DNA of 64,000 nt, taken from NCBI GenBank assembly GCA_973895155.1, contig OZ316896.1, forward strand, positions 14,542,684 to 14,606,683, in the 5' to 3' direction. Numbering within the stretch: position 1 is the stretch's first letter; every line of letters starts with the position of its first letter. This document shows, in pieces, positions 13,722-25,700 of the stretch. Below the pieces are notes generated by a model. That model saw only the letters and a program-made list of their open reading frames with translations, was not told where the DNA came from and did no database searches. The DNA is from Marsupella aquatica (taxonomy: Eukaryota > Plantae > Marchantiophyta). The translations under genes were made by a program, and so were the position numbers.

Positions 13722-16700
13722 CTGCAAGCATACTCTTGAAGCTATTAATGTTCTGTTATATTTGTTCAACGAGGATGGGCTTGGGTCCTTTAACTAAAGA
13801 GGCATGGTGACGAATGCCTTCGTTTGTATGTATTCGTTGTCATCATCTGTCCTATTTTTGGAAGAATCCTTGTCCTCATCGATGTACTCTAGTGAACTGT
13901 AACATCTCTTCCTCAAAAGCTGTGGCCTGCTGGATAGTCTTTCTGCATCGTCGAATTTCCCTCTTGTAAAGCAGGTAGCCACACATTCACCTAGAGTGAG
14001 CCGAAGGAATTGTGATTTTCTGACTGAACGAGGTCCTGAACACTGTCGAGTCTTGGAATTTCACAGAACGACAGATTGGACATACACAAAGGTTTTTCAA
14101 CTAGTTCTCATTCGTAGTTGATAACCAGCAAAATGTTGCCCTCAGTTACTCCTCGGGGCACCACAAAATGTTGGCTTGGCCTTTACATTTCGGAACAAGA
14201 TCCTTTGAAGTGGTCCCCTACCAGAGAACTCTACAGATACTCTGCGTTATTGTGATTTTGCGAGATAAGTTCATGCGCCATCATCTGCATTGCAAAGGCA
14301 AGGATGAACGAGGAAGTAGTTTTCCCAGCCAATGACCCATTTTGTTTCTTGTTTTGTTTCGATGTATTGCTCCCTTGAAGTGAAAGTAAGCTCCAATAAA
14401 ACAAGGAGTCCGACAACAATCACCTCTTTTTCTTTTTTCTTACTCCAAAGTATTACTTTACTTCTTCAAGGGAAAGTAAGCCCAAATAAAAACAAGGAGT
14501 CTCCCACACAATCACCTCCTTTTCTCCTTTCTTACTCCAATAGAATACTTTCCTTCAAATAAAAGCAAACCCCAATGAAACAACGTCAAACCCACGTGAC
14601 TAAAGAAGGTTTGTTCCTTGGTCGTAAGAAGATTGGCGAATCTTACCCCTCCGCCGTTCTGTGGACTATTTCCTTCAGTCTCCCCATCAGGCTCCACCTT
14701 CACATTCGGTCCTTCCCTGGTGGTCACAAGAAGATTGAGAGAATCTTGCTGCTTCCTTCCTATGCACTGTGTCCGTCACTCTGCCCCTCACACCTGACTT
14801 GCATGTGAGAGGCCCTATGCTTTAGGGCCCTAAGCACTCCCACAATGTTTGGATGATCTCTTTTTCCAACAGTATCTTCTCCCTTCAACTTATCTTTGTG
14901 ACATGTGTCTCATAGCTTTTGTGTTATTAAAGGGTTTGAGGTGGGGACCTGAAGGCCAGAAAGTTTCCTGCCCCTGTCATTGGTTTTGCATCACATGAGG
15001 GGGTCAGGGCAAGTTTCTCTAGCTCACTGATTTAGTGGCAGGCGTCAGGTTGAGGGCCTCATTGTGAAGGGCCACTCACATGCCAGTTGGGTCTCAGGCT
15101 CCTCGTCCTTCACGTTAGGTCCTCACCTTCCCTCATGTTGATTTGAAACATCTGTTCTGTACCATCTTGGCTTGTCTTTTCGTTATGTACTCCCAAACCC
15201 TCCCTATTGAGTAAAGTCCAGTTCTTTCAACTGACTTTAGTAGGGTCTGCTGTCTTTGGGGACTAATATCCACAACAAGACCTATTCCTAACCTCTATTG
15301 CTCACAACCATTAGAATGAACACAAAATGGTCTCCCCAAAAGAAAGGATTTTCTTTTGAGGATTTTTAGCTGACATCAGACCTATTCCTAACGTTAAGTG
15401 GTGCAACTATTAAGAAAATTCAAGAAGTCTGTTTGTTCTATTTCGTTGCAAAAAACTTGAGCATCCCTCTTGCTTGGTATATAAAGGTACTTTATAAATT
15501 GGATGTTTTTGTTGGAAATATCAGAAAGTTTGCACAAAAAATCTCACTAGCTTTATGAAGGAGAGTGGGTTTACAAGACATTGAGGCCCATTTTGTTTAT
15601 GCTACAATTGTTTGTACAAGAACATATTGTTTTTGCTACAGTTGGCTTTATAAGAACTTGGGCCCATTCAGGTATGATTGGTATGAACTGATCTTACATG
15701 GCAGTCAGTGGCCCCGAGGAAGTGCTCATGTGGAGTGTTTTTATTTTGTCAAGTATTTTAGACCACCTCCAGAATTCAGGGTCCAGCTCTTAAATACTGC
15801 TGGCCTATTTCCACTTATGTGATAAAAGAGTGACCTACATATTGTAAGTTTCAAGTCTTTCGTGTGCAAAGACTTTGGTGAACCCCACTTTGGATTGGCG
15901 TTTGTAATAGTTAATTGACATATGAAGCTTGAACTCAGAAACTCACTAGCCGCAAAGAAGATACAGTTGGCCACAATTTCTGGGATGACTTATCATGATG
16001 TAGAGCAAACTCTGCACTATCTAGTTTGGCTTACCGTAGGTAGCAGAATGTTAAGGCATTTACCCTCATGTCGTCTCTTTTTGTTGATGATGGGCAGGGA
16101 GCGATAGCAGACAACATTGAATGGCAGGACTCAACAGGCAGCAATAAATGAGATTCCCAATAATGCTCATCCAGTATTGTCCTAGAATGATGAGAGGTGG
16201 TCCAAACTCCAAACATCTACAAACTTTGGCTCATTCATTTTGTCCCTCCATGGTAAAGCTCTTTCCCAAATTCCTAGCATTGCGGGTAGCCATATCATCA
16301 CATTTGGTCACAAATAGGAACAATGATGTATTTGACAAGAAACAAACACAATTATTCATGTTTGATGCGAGACAAGGAAAACCAATTAGACCCTGTAAAT
16401 GTAGAAAGACGAAAAATTGAAATAACTAACGACAAGGTAAAAGAAAGTCAGCAATTAGATGTTCTGCACTGATATATTGTGTTTTACATAAAAATACTTG
16501 CACTTTCATCTCTTTGCAAGTTTACGAAAAGGCCAAACGATAAGGACGATTGGCTTTTGGTTCCACACGGTAAAAGAAAAAAACCAATCTTCTCCATCCT
16601 TTATTACCTCAGCATTTCATGATCTCCTTTGTAAGTAACAAAATCTATCTATGTAAGGCTTTAAATTTTACCAAAAAAAAAAACAATTTAAAAATAAATC

Positions 16701-17641
16701 AATATCAATCTAGGGCTCATTGGAAGACTAAGTATACAAATTTACTTCAATGTCTTTTTGAGTGGTTGCTGTTTAGTTGCATAGAATTAGATTCTAGTTG
16801 CATACAACTAGAACTGGATCAGGTCATATGTATTTCAATCCACGTAATTCCTTGCAGCAATGACCATTGGGAATCATGATGGTGGATCAGGTTGTACAAT
16901 ATAGTTTGGGCTTTCCTGCCACCTTTATGGGCTGTCCTTGGCTGATTGGAACAGTCTGAGTTGGAAATTGGAGTTATTGCAAAAGGAGATGTTCAACGCG
17001 TTGAAAGTGTGTTTGGATGGTGAGACCAGTAATTACTCTCTTCAATTGTTTGGGAGTTGCACTGTTAAACAGTGCACTAGACTGTGCCCTCTAGTGTTTC
17101 AAGACTTAGTGACTTGGCCATTTTGCCGGGCATCTACAGGCTTCCTTGTACCATCCATGCATAGGAAGTACTATATACTACTTATGTACTGCATGACAAT
17201 CCTATGGAACAATGAAAGGAGGTTAATTGCAAGTATTACATAGTCAATGAATAAGGTGATGCAATGTGTATTAATCAATGAGAGAAAAAGGAGACCAAGA
17301 AATAGTGAAAACCAGGAAGGGGAGGGGGTGTGGTGGGGGGGGGGGGGGGAGGTTTAAAAGGGAAAAAATTTGATAAAACAAAGAAAAAAGTTCTTCTCAT
17401 TTTGTCGGACTTTGGTGATCATTGCCTCTCTTTTGCACCATGACATCACTACACTACATTGTCTACGCAATGAGATCCTTTTAACAAAGAAAATCTTTTA
17501 CTCAACAATAGGGTGTGCACCATGCTTCTAAAGCACAACGTCAGCTATTACACAATAACAGATATGTCCTTGTAAACAGTCTACGTCTTTTGTACAACTG
17601 TCTCTTTTACTTAACAACATGTTTTGAGCAATGACATGTTT

Positions 17642-17946
17642 TTGCCTTGAAAACCGAAAGCAGGCCCATCCAACAGAGGATAGACGTCCTACTTTGGAGC
17701 ATGCATTTCTATGTAGGGCAACCACAAGGGGACAATACCCAAGGATCTGACAGGGACCAGACCAGGAGGGAGAGAGGATTAAACCAGAACCCAAAATGGG
17801 CAACCAGGGCTGAGGAGATAATTATTACTCCCATCACTACACCTCACCCACACACACATACCCTCCACACCCCTTATGTGTGGAGGGAGGATTGAACGTG
17901 GGACCTCTCGATTCTAGGCTCATCCTCTGGCCAACTGACCAAAGCC
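17642..17946 (-). mobile_element. tRNA-derived SINE (~305 bp) with a 26-bp target-site duplication
   Basis: Minus-strand head GGCTTTGGTCAGTTGGCCAGAGG...GAGGTCCCACGTTCAATCC has A-box-like and B-box-like motifs. Direct repeat AACATGTTTTGAGCAATGACATGTTT flanks it at 17616-17641 and 17947-17972. Confidence 0.7.
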
Positions 17947-18083
17947 AACATGTTTTGAGCAATGACATGTTTACTTAACAACATCTTCTGTGCAACCCAT
18001 GCGGATTGAACTCGTGCACTTATGTATTTGTCTTTTGGTGCCACCATTTTGTCATGATTTAGTGAGGGTAGACTTGAAATTAA

Positions 18084-18640
18084 CATGCAAACTGCATTTT
18101 GGTACACTTCCTATTTTTATTTTCCTAAAAAATTACTAGACTACCTGGTTGACGTGCACTGGTCTTGCAATGCACTTATCCACGTTCTGTATATGACTAA
18201 TAATTTAAATGGAATTCTCTAAACTCGGCATAACAATGTAAATTTGGCACGTGGAAATGCATAATTACATAAACTGGCGGTTGTTAATACAACGTCCTCT
18301 CAAGTACGATGCCACTTGGCTAAATTTGCTGTTAGGGACGTCGACTCCTCGAAATCAGCAATTAGCCCCATAATCAGCATCGCTGCCATGCAAGAAGCAG
18401 CCCTTCCACGTCGATTAGGCCGTAACGGATTTGCCATCTTCGCCGATTTAGGGGCTGCTGTCACGTTATTTGGGTTGCTACGTGTTGACAACATTCTGAC
18501 GCTCGAGCTTCCCCAATTACCTGCCCCCAGGACTGCAGTACCCTCATTAATGCGAGCGTGCCGTCACGGCCGCTGAACCCAAGTCAAGAAGCTGCTCTCA
18601 ACTTTAGACTCTGGTAATCTGAGCTCTGAAAGCTATAAAT
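18084..18640 (+). promoter_or_regulatory. Putative ABA/desiccation-responsive promoter of the LEA gene (ABRE/G-box, RY, TATA)
   Basis: CACGTGG at 18248, further ACGT cores at ~18152, 18182, 18408, 18463 and 18480, CATGCA (RY) at 18084 and 18387, CTATAAAT at 18633. A probable 5'-UTR intron spans ~18852-19503. ABRE+RY combinations are established features of Em promoters. Confidence 0.6.
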
Positions 18641-19579
18641 TTGACCGCTGGTCTGGTCTATCCATCCATTCATTCATAACCTGTACTCCTTCGCATTGGT
18701 AATCTGAATTCTGTCATAGAGTCACTCAGTACACAGCATAGAATCAGCTCAAATCAGCTCGATTTCCCATATACTTCTGAGTAGGCAGCAGTGTCTGAGC
18801 TTGATTTTGAAGGGAACTCCATCATTCCACATTTCCAGTTTACGAGTTGAGGTATGGTTATGAGCTTGTTGTTATCCCGTTTGTGTTCATCGTGTTGTAA
18901 CTTCTTTCGCGACAACGTTCTGTGGACGTTTTCTCTGTACTGAACGTCTCTATGCAGCGAGCGAGTGTAGATGAGCTGTGATTTTGCTTACCCGTTTTGA
19001 GTTCATCGTATTGTAGCTTCTTTCGCGACAACGTTCTGTGGACGTCTTTCTGTACTTAAACGTCTCTATGCAGTGAGCGAGTGTAGACCGAGTGTTGTAG
19101 GGTGTGCTTACCCCGTTTTCAATTCGTACATTTTGGATAGAATGTTGGATATCTTCTTCATTTATGATAGTGCTTTGTGAATGTTTATCTCGTAGCGAAC
19201 TCGTTCTAACTATGCTGACGGAGGTTTCAGTCCACACTGTAAGATAGATACGTATCTCCCAGCTCCAGTTATTATGTTTTGGGATCCGGAGTACAGTCAG
19301 TGAGAGCTTTAGGTGACAAACTGTTATTAGGCGACAAACTGTTATGACCCCTCCAACCGTGATATTGTTCCGTGGACCGTTGTTTGTAGTGTATCTGTCT
19401 GAATGAAGGTACCTCCCACAATAACTTGGCTGCGTTATTATATTCTTATCTGTGTTTGCTAGGATTGTTCAGCTGATCCATTTTGTGCAATGCGATTGTG
19501 CAGAAGCGTTCGTCCACTTGGATTCACTCCAAAAACTAAAAACCGCACTTGCCGATTCCAACTTTCTCAGTCAAGAAAC

Positions 19580-20175
19580 ATGGCTCAGATGAAGGCTTCA
19601 GAAATCAAGAAACTGGACGAGAAAGCCGCCGCTGGTGAGACGGTGGTTCCGGGTGGAACTGGAGGAAAATCATTGGCAGCCCAAGAACGTCTGGCCGAAG
19701 GTTAGTAATCTGACAGAATTTTAGCAGAGTATTTTAGTATAAATTTTAGCAATCTCTGAGTAGACTTCATCTACAGGGGGAAGAAATTGCCGGAGACATC
19801 GTTCAACTGCATTTAAAGCCATGGTATTTTGTCTGTGTATCTCACCAGCTGCACCTGCTTCTGTGGCAATGCTTGTGTGTAGGGAGGAAGCATGGGGGAG
19901 AAGCTCGGAAAGCGGAGATGGGCACCGAAGGATACAAGGAGATGGGAAAACACGGTGGGGAAGCTCGCAGAGAGAATATGAGCCACGAAGACTACGTCGA
20001 GATGGGGAGGAAAGGCGGGCAAGCTCGAAGTGAGGGCATGAGTCATGAAGATTACGTTGAAATGGGAAAGAAGGGCGGGCAAGCTCGAAGCGAGGGTATG
20101 AGCCACGAAGATTACGTTGAGATGGGAAAGAAAGGTGGTAAAGCGAGGAAGGACGATGCTTCTATGGAAGAATAA
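19580..20175 (+). CDS. Group 1 LEA (Em-like, small hydrophilic seed protein family), 2 exons, with 20-aa repeats
   Basis: Exon 19580-19700 [41 protein letters not shown] has the Em signature GETVVPGGT. Exon 19883-20175 has four 20-mers of the form GG(E/Q)ARxxxMxxExYxEMG(R/K)(K/H). Confidence 0.95.
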
Positions 20176-20258
20176 ATAATGCTCGTACTGCTGCGCTGCG
20201 GTTGAGACAGACAAGCTTGCAGAGTAGTTTGTCTATATACGATGTACTTTTATCGTAT

Positions 20259-20445
20259 TACTGCGCTACAGATTATCTACAATCCGGGTAGCTAGGGCAG
20301 TAGCATTTTGTTTTAACGTCGTACTATTGCGCTACAGCTTATCCATAATCCGGGTAGCTTGGGAAGCTAGGGCAGTAGCATTTTGTTTTAACTTCGTACT
20401 ACTGCGCTACAGCTTATCCATAATCCGGGTAGCTTGAACAGTAGC
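20259..20445 (+). repeat. ~3 tandem copies of a 65-75-bp unit downstream of the LEA stop codon, plus a 2 x 51-bp duplication at 20590-20690
   Basis: TAC(TAC)TGCGCTACAG(A/C)TTATC...AATCCGGGTAGCT is repeated three times. Confidence 0.8.
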
Positions 20446-22797
20446 CTTTTGTTTTACGTTGCTTGTTTGCTGTGAAGCGGTTTGTGATCATGTACCGCGC
20501 TTTCACATTGCGCAATTTTGCATATTCCAGTTTGTGCCTTAAGTGTTTGCATATTTTCACATTTGCGCAATTTTGTAAATAAAAAGTGTTGCATATTTCC
20601 CAGGTTGACATTTACATATTCCAATGCTTAGTATACACATGCATATTTCCCAGGTTGACATTTACATATTCCATTGCTTAGTATACACATAAGTGCACCG
20701 ATGGGTAAGTACAAGAACAATTGTGCAGCGTTATACATAGAGTGCAATCTGAAATTCAATTTCTAAAACACCATGACGTAGTCTTCTACGTCACAATTTA
20801 CAACGCAAATTATTGGTAATTGACAATTTCCTGCTGTGACAGCTAGAAAATGACAACACCGTAAAACATAATTGAATGTTAGAGTAATGAATTGGTAGTA
20901 GAACTATCAGACATCTCAATCATGAACATATTAGATAGTTTTTGACCAATTGGAACAGTACACATGGCATTCTCTACAAATCCCAATTCGAAAGACTTGA
21001 CATCTTACCTTTCGCTGTTTTTCGTACGTTTTGAGGAAGATGCAATACCCAACTAGCACTCACTCCGAAGACGGCATGTGTAATTTAACTCCTCCCAAAA
21101 TCTGCGTGCCGTCCCTGCTCTAATGCATAAGGTTGAAATTTGTTATTGTACAGAAAAATCTAGTAGTTGAAACTCTATTATGAACAATAGAAGGAAATGT
21201 AATTGTACCCTAATCGTGCAATCTTTCTTTCGTACCTGCCTTAAGTTCTTTATAACGCCAAATTTGAACGATCTTGTGAGAAACAATAATATGTGACTTC
21301 CTTATCTTCCTTATCAGCCAATTCGGCTCGCGGCATCCCTCTTATTATTTTTTCGTCAATTTGGTTGAAGAAGCTAACGGACAAAACTTATCCATTCACA
21401 AACACGGTTTGATAAGATTTGAACGTAAACTAATTTTGTACGATATTTCGCGACAGTCAGAACAGTGAGCCGATGGGCACTTCTGAATGTCGTTTTCCTT
21501 CATCCTGTTTCGAAAATTTCCACTGCTGATCTTGTACTCAGAATACTCCGAGGACTTTGATTCTTATTCAATTACTTCAACAAAGCAACAACTGATCAAA
21601 GGAAGATTCGCTGTCAACATTGACGTACAATTTCTTTCATCTTTCGTCTGAAACTCTGTTCCATATTTTGTCCATAGCCGAGAACATCTCGAATGAGCTA
21701 GTTTGAATTTCGATACAATTGATTCCATTGCCATATACAGAATGGACCTTTGGCAAGGTGAGAATTGAAATCCTCTTGGGTGAGCTTTCAGCGCACAAAC
21801 TGGAATTTGATGACCATACTCAGTAATCTGGATGAATCCATTTGTCCAGACATTATACAATTTCGTGGACGGCAATAACGAGTAACGTCCCAGAAGGTGG
21901 ACAAGGATTGAATGCACCAGTTCGAAATCCAAGGCGACTTAATCAAAGCCATGGGACCAAACATAGTCCAAAAGGGTGCCCTGTCGGCTGTAATGGCGAC
22001 CGAGTCTGGCCATATGACCCGTCAGCAAATCACGCGATCGCAAACAAAGCAGTTCAAACTAGCTTTCTAGAATTTTCATCGCGAGTGCGAAGAATCTTTG
22101 CTCAAAAGTCTGTGGACGTATTGACTCGAGCAGAAGTTCCAATGTTTCGTTCCAAAAGTGGACAGAGTATGTATTCCCGCCATTTTACCTCGTTCCCCAT
22201 TTTCCGAGAGCCGACCTAAAACGTTATCCTCAGTCTTCACTTCAATTCAAATTATTCATCTCACGGTAGCGCATCATCGGCGTCCGCCGAGCACAGCCTC
22301 AAAATTATCTTTCGAGCTCAGGTCGAGGCGAGACCGGTTGACCAGGACCTTCGAATTTACCGGCCATCATACAATTGCTGTAAGCCAGGTCAGTACAGAC
22401 AGGGGCGTCACTTTGATTTTGAATGAATGGCTGAACCATTGGCTGAACCATTGACTGGATTCTATTGGCAAATTTCATGTCTCATACTACAATTCATTTT
22501 CTCGAACTTGAATCGAGTCACGCAGCGATAACGCCTGCCCATGTCTTTTCTTTCGGTGAGGATTCCAGTGTCGTCGTTTCGGTTGCAGATGCACATACCC
22601 AGACCAGGCATTACAAAACAAAAGCGGTGGTCCTGCATCGTGAAAGTTGTTTCGGAGGCACATCATTAGCTTGGGTAGCTGTGATTACTTTTAGCTGAGC
22701 GTCAAGTCGTTATGATATGGAGCAGAGGAGGGAGGGAACCAGGAGCATTGGAAAGCCATGATCATTTACTTACCGATACTGTAAACGAGTCAACGTG

Positions 22798-25700
22798 ATG
22801 GCCATGAAAACTCATTCTTACGGACTCCGAGCTCGTGCCACGTCGTTGAATGGGACCCAAAGTGAGACTTCGTCTTCAAGGCCTGCTCAATCAGTGCCAG
22901 TTCCTCCACCTGCTGCTGCTGAGACCCCGTCCATGAAAATCACGAACGGTGAGTGCACTCAAACATGCCAAGTGAACACGGGGGAATTATGGCTGTTCTT
23001 TTAAATTGAAAACCTGACCCTTGTAAAATATTAATGAGCCCGGGCAGAATCATGTAGGATGCTTCACTTCATGTGTTAGGTTTCATCCTCTGCTTGTCTT
23101 AAAGTTCGAAAATAAATAACGTCTGGTAGATGTGAGCTTGAACACAATTCTTGAAAATGGTTACATGATATGATAGGTTTTCTTCTATGCTGTTCTTATT
23201 ATCGCAAATGAGTGACTTGTCTGTAGAGGTGGATGTGTTCAGCTGACCAGAAGAACTCACCATATTGCTTTTCTTCGTAGGTTTCTTTCATACCAGCACT
23301 TGTTGAAATAAGGAAATCTGATTGATTAGCTGACTTTTTTCCTCACTTCTGTGAAGTACTGAATCCTTGAGCTGTCTTGATGTATGGCTCTCGGTAGTCA
23401 TTATACATTGTTGTTCTCCATGAGTGGATTAAAATGTATTTTCTATCATTTAAATCCGTTGCTGAAGAATTCTTGTATCAATTCCTTCTATATGTTTTAA
23501 CCGAGCAGAGGCGAGGTCTTCCAAGACAACGAGCTCTGCAAAAAGAAGAAGCGGATCCACCTCCGAAAACGATCCTACGTTCTCTATAAAGAGTAGCAAG
23601 AAAAGAGTCGTTTCTTCTAAGAGTGCCACCACTACCACAACCAAGACCACGACCAAGAGGAGACCGAACAATACATCTGATATTGAGGATTTTCCTCCGA
23701 CAGTGTACACTTTTGAAGCAAAAGAGGCTGCAAGCATCCAGTCAAGGCTACTCAATTGGTACGATGACAATCACAGAATAATGCCCTGGAGACAGAATTC
23801 CCATTCCCGTCACCAGCTATCGGCTGACAACGTTGGACTTAGTAAAGGAAAAGATACATTACATGGTACTAATGACTTGGGCCCCCAGCAGCAGCGAGCT
23901 TATGAAGTGTGGATATCTGAAATTATGTTGCAGCAGACCCGTGTTGACACTGTACTTCTTTACTACCAAAAGTGGATGGAAAAATGGCCCACTCTCCAGC
24001 ACCTTGCTCGTGCTTCTCTTGAGGTGGGACGTGGTGTGCTCCTTGTGGATTCTATTTTATTGGCTGAATTGTAGTGTTGAAGGAAACTATGCTACTGGCA
24101 TTGAGCTTCATACTCGGCCTTTTGCCTGCCTGATTTGGCGTTGTAGATCCGTCCTTCGCAGCTGTCCAGATGTTTGAAAACTCGGTAGACAGCACTGGAT
24201 CTTAAGAATTCGTTTCCAGTAATGCTACTATAAAGTTGTGAAGTTTGCTTTGAAAACAGGATGTTTATCATGTGTGGGCGGGATTGGGCTACTATCGGCG
24301 TGCACGCTTTCTTCTCGAGGTTGACTTCTTGTCCCTGTATCTCTCTGAAACAATAGCACCTCTCTGGACATTTGTTGTTTCCATGATCTTAATTGTGGTA
24401 ACCTAGATGACCATTTGTTTTATAATAGTGGTTCCCAGTAGCATGCCTCTAAGCGGGATGAATGAGCAACTACTTCAGTATTCAAGAAAGGTTTCTGGTT
24501 TAGAAGCAACACCATGAAGGTTTGGTTTAGGATTTACAATCATGGAATTCTATTATCAGGGTGCCAAGCAGATTGTGGAGAAATGCTCGGGTGTCTTTCC
24601 TGAGACCGTTGAAGAGTTAAGGAACGTACGTGGCATTGGCCAGTATACTGCGGGTGCGATAGCCTCCATTGCTTTCAACAGGGTTAGCTCTTCCTAAACC
24701 ATTCACCTCCACTGCATCTTTTCATTTGAATGTTTAAGGTTTTCAAGGGTGGAAGGAATCCTGGCCTAGTAAGGTGAAGAGATGTGAAGTGCAAGTCCAT
24801 GCAGATCTCCAGTAAAGCCAAGGGACAGATTAGAACTGAGATTCCAATTGAACAAAATGGGAGATTTTAAAGACAAGAAACAAAGCAACAGTCAGTAATT
24901 GACAAAGGGGTTCTAACGGCTAAGCTGATAATCTGCAATCGTGACTTGATCCCACTGATATTGACAATGGTCGGGTTCTTTTCGGACTGCAGCCTGTACC
25001 CCTCGTAGATGGAAACGTGGTCAGGGTTCTATGCCGCTTGCGAGCTATTTCAGAGAGTCCGAAAGAAACGAAAACTGTGAAGCTACTGTGGTAAGAATTC
25101 AACCAGAAAGGACCGCATTAAGGGTAGCAATTCTGAAACAGGTTTCGCTTGTGGTCTCTATGTGAGGCTGTTCTACCAAAGGCCGGTCATCTTAGGCCTC
25201 CTTGTTTATCATAGTGTATCTTTTTATTGCAACGGTATATTGAGATGCAAGAATGGGATAAAATCTAGAAATTCACCGGTGGATGATGCATAGGGATGTG
25301 GGACTGTAGGCTCGTAGAGATGCTATGAAACTTATCTGGGAATTGCCATGTACAGGACCTTGGCTGAGGAACTTGTGGATGCCAAGAGACCAGGTGACCT
25401 CAATCAAGCCTTAATGGAACTCGGTGCTACTTTGTGCAACATGAATCCAGCCTGTTCCTCCTGTCCAATTGCCAGCCACTGCAAGGCTCTATGTCTGGCT
25501 TCTCTCCAGGTAGACGGTCCTCAGGCTGTAAAGTCCGTTAAAGAGTATCCGGTCAAAGTCGCCAAAGTACCACCCCGGGACGAATATGTCTCCGTTTGTG
25601 TTCTTGAAGTGGGCTCAAGTGCTACCTCCAAGAAAAAAGCAACCTCGGAAATTTTGTTGATGCAAAGACCACAGAAGGGCCTGCTAGCAGGTCTGTGGGA

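Noticed and set aside
14780-15130. Patchy inverted repeats (GCATGTGAG.GGCCCT / AGGGCCACTCACATGC)
   Set aside because: Too short and degenerate, and no TSD was found to define an element.
21564-22219. ORFs with a faint resemblance to an ADP-ribosyl cyclase (SFLEFSSR..FA) or a decayed F-box gene
   Set aside because: No conserved Cys or catalytic pattern, no consistent splice structure, and stops in the neighbouring frames.
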